Source: an uncultured Acidobacteriota bacterium
GTDB taxonomy: Bacteria > Acidobacteriota > Vicinamibacteria > Vicinamibacterales > CAVVIG01
Direction of reading: 5' to 3'
DNA: 64,000 nt
NCBI GenBank assembly: GCA_963729215.1
Contig: CAVSND010000030.1
Span: 74,239-138,238, forward strand
Numbering within the stretch: position 1 is the stretch's first letter; every line of letters begins with the position of its first letter. The notes under the pieces were generated by a model that did not search any database, was not told where the DNA came from, and saw only the letters and a list, made by a program, of their open reading frames with translations. Of this stretch, positions 58,238 to 64,000 are shown piece by piece. The position numbers and the translations under genes were made by a program.

Positions 58238-59178
58238 AGGCGGCTGAGCGCGAGGCGGGCGGCTTCCTGCTCCGCCTCCTTCTTGCTCGGCCCGGTCGCG
58301 CGCGCCAGCGGCTCCCCCGCCACCAGGACTTCCACGTCGAACAATTTCTGATGATCCGGCCCCGCCGCGCCGACCACCCGATACTCGGGCAGCGGACGGT
58401 TGCGCCCCTGTACGAGCTCCTGCAACGTCGACTTGTAGTCCTGCGCCGAGACGCCGTCGCGGCGCAGGTCGTCGATGAAGCCGCCCAGCTCGCGCACGAT
58501 GAACGCCCTGGACTGCTCGATGCCGCCGTCCAGGTACATCGCGGCGATCAACGCCTCGCACCCGTCGGCCAGCAGGGCCTGCTTCCGCCGGCCGCCGGTC
58601 TTCTCTTCGCCGCGTCCGAGCAGCAGGTGGTCGCCAAGCCCCAGCCGCTCGGCCACGCGCGCCAGCGTCGCCGTGGACACCAGCATGGCCTTCATCTTCG
58701 ATTTCTCGCCCTCATCGCAGTCGGGAAACTCACGGAACAACAGGTCGGCCACGATGAACCCGAGGACGGCGTCGCCCAGGAACTCCAGGGACTCGTTGTC
58801 CACGACGCCGCCGCTCACGTCTTCGTTCGCGCGGGACGTGTGCGTCATCGCGTGCTCGAGCAGTCCGCGGTCGCGGAATCGGTAAGCGATGGCGGTCTGC
58901 AGCGTCTCGAACTCGTCGCGCAGGCGCACGAGCTGCCCGCTGGACAGCTCGGTACGGTGGCCATCGATGATGCGGCGGGCCTCGTCCGCGTCCTCCTCCC
59001 GCACCGAGATGCGCACCTCGCCGAGACCGTTGACGGTCAGCGGAAAGATGTTGTGCGGCACATCGGACGTGATGACCGACGGCACGCCGTTCGCCTCGAG
59101 CAGCCCCCGGACGATGCTGGCTTCCACGTCCGACTGCGTCCGGAAGATGACGATGAGATCAGGCACGAGTGCGATCAA
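58222..59178 (-). CDS. rnc: ribonuclease III with about 85-aa N-terminal DUF2007-like domain
   Basis: RNase III signature ESLEFLGDAVLGFIVADLLF; dsRBD ..DYKSTLQELVQ..LPEY...GPDHQKLF.VEV..; the N-terminus LIVIFRTQSDVEASIVRGLLEANGVPSV....EVRISVREEDADEARRII resembles DUF2007. Confidence 0.85.
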   Translation of the reverse strand: MIALVPDLIVIFRTQSDVEASIVRGLLEANGVPSVITSDVPHNIFPLTVNGLGEVRISVREEDADEARRIIDGHRTELSSGQLVRLRDEFETLQTAIAYRFRDRGLLEHAMTHTSRANEDVSGGVVDNESLEFLGDAVLGFIVADLLFREFPDCDEGEKSKMKAMLVSTATLARVAERLGLGDHLLLGRGEEKTGGRRKQALLADGCEALIAAMYLDGGIEQSRAFIVRELGGFIDDLRRDGVSAQDYKSTLQELVQGRNRPLPEYRVVGAAGPDHQKLFDVEVLVAGEPLARATGPSKKEAEQEAARLALSRLTTDH

Positions 59179-61303
59179 CCCTCAGGAAAATCATCGTCAT
59201 GTCATCGTGCTGGGGCGCGGCGCCCGCGAACGCCGCGATCTCGCGGAGGACGCGTTCGCGCAGCTCCTCGGACGGCAGATCGGCGTGCTCCTCGAGGATG
59301 CGGCCCAGCCGCTCGTCGCCGAAGCAGTCGTCAGCCTCGTTCATCGCCTCGCTGATGCCGTCGGTGTACAGCACGAACAGGTCGCCGTCGTGAAGCGGAA
59401 TCGTCTGCTCCTCGAGAAGCCGCTCGAACAGGTCCCCTTTGTCCATCTGCAACCCGAGCACCAGACCGTCCGGCGTCAGGATGCGGACGTGCCGGTGGCC
59501 CGGCACGTCGTCTCCAGGCAGATACATCAGCGGGGTGTGGCCGGCGCGTGCATAGGTCATCGTCCGATCCCGGAGGTCGATGATCGCATAAGTCATCGTG
59601 ATGAAGCTGCGCGAGTCGAGATTGCTGGCCATGATGCGATCCGCGGCGACGAGCAACGCACGGGGCGAGGTATGGATCTGGCTGAGCGACAGCATCAACC
59701 CCTTCAACTCGGCCATGTAGAGCGCCGCGGACGTCCCCTTGCCCGATACGTCGGCAATCAGCACGCCCAGCCGGTGCCCGTCGAGCGGAAAGAGGTCGTA
59801 GTAGTCGCCGCCGACTTCGCGCGCCGGCACGCAGAGCGCGGTGACGGAAAGGCCGGGCATGTGGAGTGCGCCCTGCGGCAGCAGCGACATCTGGATTTCG
59901 CGGGCGATGCGAAGTTCTTCTTCGAGCCGCTTCTTCTCTGCCGCCTCGCGCAGGAGGTCCTCGATGCTCGCGGTCATCGAATTGAACGATTGCGCCAGCT
60001 CGCCGAGCTGATCCTGCGCCGTCACGGCAATCTTGTGGGTGAAGTCGCCGCGACGCACACGCTCGGTGCCGGTGAACAGCTCGTGGACCGAGCCGGTGAT
60101 CGACTTCGCCAGCGCGAGACCGGTCCCGAGCGCCATCACCTCGATCAGGATGAACAACCCGCCGATGACGAAGAGGATGAGCAGCAGCGCCTGGCTCGAG
60201 CTGCGGCTGACCAGGCCCTGCGCCGACGAAATCCGCTCATACAATTCACCGACGCTGAGCTGGGTCGAGAGAATCAGCGTGCCCGACTCGCCCGAGTCCC
60301 AGTCCCGGTACTCGAGCAGGCTCGGCAGGTTGCTGAAGATTCCGCCGCCCACCTGTGCCGGAGTCGAAAGTCCGGCGGCGCCGGCGTTCCGGCCCTCGAT
60401 GGGCTTCACGGCGTGGCTCACCGACCCGCCGCTGATCGACACCGTGGCGCCTTTCATCTCGACGCCGGTGTCACGCCGCAGCTGGCGCGTAATCGTGTCC
60501 TGCACAGGCAGGTCGACCACAACGGCGAAGCTCGCCCGGCGGGTGTCGGGAAACGCCACGGACCGGACGAGGATGTCCGCTCGAGGAGAAGACGAGTTGT
60601 CGTGATCGGAGGAATAGGCCTCGACGCCGCTGGTCCCGGCGCAGTCGATCCACGCCGGAATCGACGTCGGCGGCTTCACGTGGGCCCATGACCCGGCCGT
60701 CACGGCCTGAACCGGCGCCGTCTCCGGCGCGGCCGCACCGCCGCCACAGAGGCGAACGGTGGGCACGACGGCCAGCGACACGCCGGCGAATTCGCCGCTG
60801 GAGTTGGCCCTCCGGCGTTCGATGATGCCGGCGATGTTGCGGCCTTCGTTGCGCTGGATCTCGAGCGCCGTGCTCTGGGCCAGGAAGCGCGCCTGATCCG
60901 CGATCCCCCTCAGATGGCTCTGCACGAGGTACGAGCTGAAATTGTAGAAAAGCAGAAAACCGCAGAGCAGGAAGAACACCGCGATCAGCGCCGCCGGAAA
61001 CACACCGACGAACACATACGAGAGCATCAGCTTCCGGCGTACCCGCCAGAGCAGGTGCCGCTTTCCCAGCGCCAGGAGCTTGACGACCACGTAGACCGCG
61101 CCGACCGCGAGCGCGAGGCCGGCGGCCGTGTCGATGACGGCGAGGAACGGCGGGACGGCGCCGAGCGCGAGGCCCGTCGCGTACACGGCCAGCCGCAGCA
61201 CGATCCCGATGACGATCGCCCGGCCCGGCAGCGTGCCGAACAGCGCGTGTCGCATGCCGTCCAAGCGGCCGGTACCTGAAGGAAGCGATCGAAGGGCGGG
61301 CAT
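59159..61303 (-). CDS. membrane sensor PP2C phosphatase (HAMP + SpoIIE/RsbU-like)
   Basis: N-terminal TM region, HAMP (LAKSITGSVHELFTGTERVRRGDF), SpoIIE domain (GGDYYD...ADVSGKG..LYTDGISEA). Its 3' end overlaps the rnc start by 20 nt. Confidence 0.8.
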   Translation of the reverse strand: MPALRSLPSGTGRLDGMRHALFGTLPGRAIVIGIVLRLAVYATGLALGAVPPFLAVIDTAAGLALAVGAVYVVVKLLALGKRHLLWRVRRKLMLSYVFVGVFPAALIAVFFLLCGFLLFYNFSSYLVQSHLRGIADQARFLAQSTALEIQRNEGRNIAGIIERRRANSSGEFAGVSLAVVPTVRLCGGGAAAPETAPVQAVTAGSWAHVKPPTSIPAWIDCAGTSGVEAYSSDHDNSSSPRADILVRSVAFPDTRRASFAVVVDLPVQDTITRQLRRDTGVEMKGATVSISGGSVSHAVKPIEGRNAGAAGLSTPAQVGGGIFSNLPSLLEYRDWDSGESGTLILSTQLSVGELYERISSAQGLVSRSSSQALLLILFVIGGLFILIEVMALGTGLALAKSITGSVHELFTGTERVRRGDFTHKIAVTAQDQLGELAQSFNSMTASIEDLLREAAEKKRLEEELRIAREIQMSLLPQGALHMPGLSVTALCVPAREVGGDYYDLFPLDGHRLGVLIADVSGKGTSAALYMAELKGLMLSLSQIHTSPRALLVAADRIMASNLDSRSFITMTYAIIDLRDRTMTYARAGHTPLMYLPGDDVPGHRHVRILTPDGLVLGLQMDKGDLFERLLEEQTIPLHDGDLFVLYTDGISEAMNEADDCFGDERLGRILEEHADLPSEELRERVLREIAAFAGAAPQHDDMTMIFLRVDRTRA

Positions 61304-61329
61304 GGACGTGGACTTCGCGTTATTAAAGC

Positions 61330-62505
61330 ATGTATCGTAAGTGGATCGTGAAGCTCACCGCGCACGCGCGATTCAGCACGCTGTGTCTGCATGCAGGCCA
61401 GGAACCGGATCCTTCCACCGGAGCGATCATCACGCCGATCTACCAGACGTCCACCTACGTGCAGGAGGCGCTGGGGAAACACAAAGGCTACGAGTACGCG
61501 CGCACCCAGAATCCCACGCGCGCCGCGCTCGAACGGAATCTCGCGGCGATCGAAGGCGGCAAGGCGGGCTTTGCCTTCGCGTCGGGCATGGCCGCCATCG
61601 GCGCCGTCGCGACGATGCTCAAGGCCGGCGACCATGTGATCGTGTCCGACAACACCTACGGCGGCACGTTCAGGTTCTTCGACAAGGTGCTGTCCCGCTA
61701 CCAGCTGTCCTTCTCGTACGTGGATACCTCGCAGCTGGATGCCGTCGAGCGCGCCTTTACCCCCGCGACGCGCATGCTGTTCGTCGAGACGCCGACGAAT
61801 CCGGTCATGCAGATCACCGATCTGCGAGCGGCGGCCGACCTGGCGCATCGGCACGACGCGCGCCTCGTCGTGGACAACACGTTCGCGAGCCCGTGCCTCC
61901 AGCGGCCGATCGAATTCGGGGCGGATCTGGTCGTCCACAGCACGACGAAATACCTGAACGGACACAGCGACAGCGTCGGCGGCGTGGCCATCGCCGTGCG
62001 TGACGAGGACATCGAGTGGCTGGGGTTCGTGCAGAACGCGGAAGGCGCGATCCTCGGCCCCTTCGACGCGTGGCTGGTGCTGCGCGGCACGAAGACGCTG
62101 CCGATTCGGATGGCCCGGCACAACGAGAACGGGCTCGCCCTCGCCCGTTTTCTCGAACCGCATCCCAAGGTCAGTCACGTGTACTATCCGGGCCTGCCGT
62201 CTCACCCGCAGCACGAACTGGCCGCGCGCCAGATGCGCGGTTTCGGCGGGATGCTGTCGTTCGACCTCGGGTCGCTCGAAGGGGCCCGGCGCCTGCTGAA
62301 CGGCGTCAGGCTGCTCGCGCTGGCGGAAAGCCTTGGCGGCGTCGAGTCACTCATCTCGCACCCCGCGACCATGACGCACGCGTCGGTGCCGGCCGATCGG
62401 CGCTCGGCCCTCGGCATCACGGACGGCCTGGTGCGGATCTCGGCGGGCATCGAGGACATCGAGGATCTGAAGGAAGACTTGTCGCAGGCCCTCGCCCGCG
62501 TCTGA
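61330..62505 (+). CDS. Cys/Met-metabolism PLP-dependent enzyme (cystathionine gamma-synthase/beta-lyase family)
   Basis: FSTLCLHAGQEPDPSTGAIITPIYQTSTY; HSTTKYLNGHSD (PLP lysine). The start is ATG 61330 or GTG 61348. Confidence 0.85.
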   Translation: MYRKWIVKLTAHARFSTLCLHAGQEPDPSTGAIITPIYQTSTYVQEALGKHKGYEYARTQNPTRAALERNLAAIEGGKAGFAFASGMAAIGAVATMLKAGDHVIVSDNTYGGTFRFFDKVLSRYQLSFSYVDTSQLDAVERAFTPATRMLFVETPTNPVMQITDLRAAADLAHRHDARLVVDNTFASPCLQRPIEFGADLVVHSTTKYLNGHSDSVGGVAIAVRDEDIEWLGFVQNAEGAILGPFDAWLVLRGTKTLPIRMARHNENGLALARFLEPHPKVSHVYYPGLPSHPQHELAARQMRGFGGMLSFDLGSLEGARRLLNGVRLLALAESLGGVESLISHPATMTHASVPADRRSALGITDGLVRISAGIEDIEDLKEDLSQALARV

Positions 62506-62523
62506 ACCGCTGAACCCTGACCC

Positions 62524-63165
62524 TTGAATCTTCTCGACTTCATTCTCCACAGCGATAAGAAGCTCCTCGAACTCGTCTCCACGTATGGGTCGTGGGTGTA
62601 CGGGATCCTGTTTGCGATCGTCTTCGCTGAAACAGGCTTCGTCGTGACGCCATTCCTGCCGGGCGATTCGCTGCTGTTCGCGACGGGCGCGCTCTGCGCG
62701 CAGGGGAGGCTCAGCACACCCGTGGCGATCGGGTTGCTGATCCTGGCCGCGTTCACGGGCAACGCCGTCAACTACACGATCGGGCGCCTCATCGGGCCGC
62801 GGGTCTTCAAGGCGACGGATCGATCGGGATTCTCCCACCGGCTGATGAACCAGGAACATCTGCAGCGGGCACACGCGTTCTTCGAGGAGTACGGCGGCAA
62901 GGCGATCATCCTGGGACGGTTCGTGCCGATCGTGCGGACGTTCGTGCCGTTCGTGGCCGGCGCGGCGTCGATGCGGTCTCACACGTTCGCGCTGGTCAAC
63001 CTGATCGGCGCGGCCGCCTGGGTCGGCCTCTGCGTCGGGGCGGGCCTGCTGTTCGGCAACATCCCCATCGTCAAGCAGAATTTCTCCCTCGTCACGATCG
63101 GCATCGTCGCCGTCTCCCTGCTGCCGATGGCGATCGAGATCATCAAGAGGCGGCGGCGACGGTAA
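62524..63165 (+). CDS. DedA-family (SNARE-associated) membrane protein
   Basis: FAETGFVVTPFLPGDSLLF..GRF.PIVRTF.PF.AG. Confidence 0.85.
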   Translation: MNLLDFILHSDKKLLELVSTYGSWVYGILFAIVFAETGFVVTPFLPGDSLLFATGALCAQGRLSTPVAIGLLILAAFTGNAVNYTIGRLIGPRVFKATDRSGFSHRLMNQEHLQRAHAFFEEYGGKAIILGRFVPIVRTFVPFVAGAASMRSHTFALVNLIGAAAWVGLCVGAGLLFGNIPIVKQNFSLVTIGIVAVSLLPMAIEIIKRRRRR

Positions 63166-63230
63166 TTCGAGGGTTCGAGAGGTTCGAGGGGTTCGAGAGG
63201 TTCGAGAGGTTCAAGAGGTTCCGGAGATTC
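63166..63230. repeat. left inverted arm of GGTTCGAGA tandem units
   Basis: TTCGAGG GTTCGAGAG GTTCGAGGG GTTCGAGAG GTTCGAGAG GTTCAAGAG GTTCCGGAG ATTC. It starts 1 nt after the dedA stop. Confidence 0.9.
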
Positions 63231-63252
63231 GTCGGAGCGGCGGGCATGCTTT

Positions 63253-63684
63253 GTGCTCCCACGAACCTCCGTGGCTGGCGTGTCGCGCTACGAAGACCTT
63301 GTCGCATGGCACCTTGCGCACGAATTGCAGCGGGAGGTGTTTGCACTGACTGCAACAGGGCCGGCGTCGAGGGATTTCAGATTTCGCGATCAGATTCGCG
63401 ACTCGTCGTCATCCGTCACACGCAACATCGCGGAGGGGTTTGGCCGGTACCGGCCGGGCGAGTTCGCCAGGTTTCTCGACATCGCCAGAGGGTCGCTGAC
63501 CGAAACCCACAACAGCCTGCGCGACGGTCACGACCGTGGTTACTTCACAGCGTTCGACACCGACCGGATGCAACTTCTCGCGGGACGAGCGGCGAAGGCC
63601 ATCACCGGTCTGATCCGCTACCTGCGGACCTGCGCGCGTAAAAATACCGCCGCTCCGTCTCCGCGAATACCGCGAACCTCTTGA
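63253..63684 (+). CDS. four-helix-bundle protein (23S rRNA intervening-sequence protein / S23p family, TIGR02436-like)
   Basis: SRYEDLVAWHLAHELQREVFALT...FRFRDQIRDSSSSVTRNIAEGFGRYRPGEFARFLDIARGSLTETHNSL. The true start is probably GTG 63271 or 63280. The stop TGA lies inside the right arm. Confidence 0.8.
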   Translation: MLPRTSVAGVSRYEDLVAWHLAHELQREVFALTATGPASRDFRFRDQIRDSSSSVTRNIAEGFGRYRPGEFARFLDIARGSLTETHNSLRDGHDRGYFTAFDTDRMQLLAGRAAKAITGLIRYLRTCARKNTAAPSPRIPRTS

Positions 63685-63752
63685 GCCCTGAACCTCTCGA
63701 ACCTCTCGAACCCCTCGAACCTCTCGAACCCCTCGAACCCTCGAACCTCTAG
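63674..63752. repeat. right inverted arm (GAACCTCTC/GAACCCCTC units), reverse complement of 63166-63230
   Basis: GAACCTCTTGAGCCCTGAACCTCTCGAACCTCTCGAACCCCTCGAACCTCTCGAACCCCTCGAACCCTCGAACCTCTAG. It contains the stop codons of the 4HB gene and of cutA. Confidence 0.9.
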
Positions 63753-64000
63753 GTCCCCGTTTCCCGTCGCACCCAATCGAGATACGCGTCGCTCCCGCCT
63801 TCGATCGGCACGATGACGAACTCGGGCAGTTCGTAAGAGTGGAGGGATTTGATCCGCGCCTCGAGGGCGGGCACGCGGTCACGCGTGGTCTTGATGATGA
63901 GCTGTCGTTCGGCTTCGCGCTCGAGCTCGCCCTTCCAGCGATAGATCGACGTCATCGGTCCGTGGATATTCACACAGGCCGCGAGGCGTTCCTCGACCAG
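63749..64000 (-). CDS. cutA: divalent-cation tolerance protein CutA, 5' end outside window
   Basis: ..VNIHGPMTSIYRWKGELEREAERQLIIKTT...YELPEFVIVPIEGGS..YL.WV. The frame is open to the window edge. Confidence 0.8.
   Translation of the reverse strand: MVEERLAACVNIHGPMTSIYRWKGELEREAERQLIIKTTRDRVPALEARIKSLHSYELPEFVIVPIEGGSDAYLDWVRRETGT

Noticed and set aside
63166-63230. GGTTCGA motif as tRNA T-arm or tRNA-derived att site.
   Set aside because: There is no acceptor, D or anticodon arm context and no CCA-proximal structure. The motif simply recurs every 9-10 nt.
63253-63684. The four-helix-bundle gene as the Avd component of a diversity-generating retroelement.
   Set aside because: No reverse transcriptase gene and no template/variable repeat pair is visible anywhere in the window.

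Overview
64-kb high-GC segment (about two-thirds G+C by eye, not computed). It looks chromosomal and most like an Acidobacteriota-type genome. That inference rests on a TIGR03436-like VWA protein, Oar-like TonB-dependent receptors, a DUF1592/DUF1552 pair and DUF2911. I count about 55 protein-coding loci, mostly housekeeping, envelope and signalling genes. They include purA, xth, pepT, lepB, rnc, trxC, cutA, an HtrA protease, a TolC-HlyD-MFS efflux operon, two two-component systems, an HD-GYP/GGDEF protein, a PilZ protein and two TonB-dependent receptor-like barrels. I found no rRNA, tRNA, CRISPR array, transposase, integrase or phage genes. Three things stand out. (1) Gene boundaries carry dense non-coding repeat architecture. 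There is a REP-like double-hairpin family with at least 6 copies showing compensatory stem changes, and a second class of palindromes built from short 7-12 nt tandem units. One of those palindromes encloses a four-helix-bundle (23S-rRNA-IVS-protein family) gene between dedA and cutA, with the same topology as an rRNA intervening sequence. This is my best candidate for an undescribed system. (2) The 540-nt convergent intergenic region at 28.26-28.80 kb folds into several long helices with strand-consistent G-U pairs, so it is a candidate novel structured RNA or MITE. (3) At least 16-17 reading-frame breaks occur in 11 genes, and every one behaves as a single extra nucleotide. This more likely reflects consensus insertion errors than real pseudogenes, so 'pseudogene' calls below mean 'frame-disrupted as given'. 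All protein family calls come from motif recognition by eye, with no database search.
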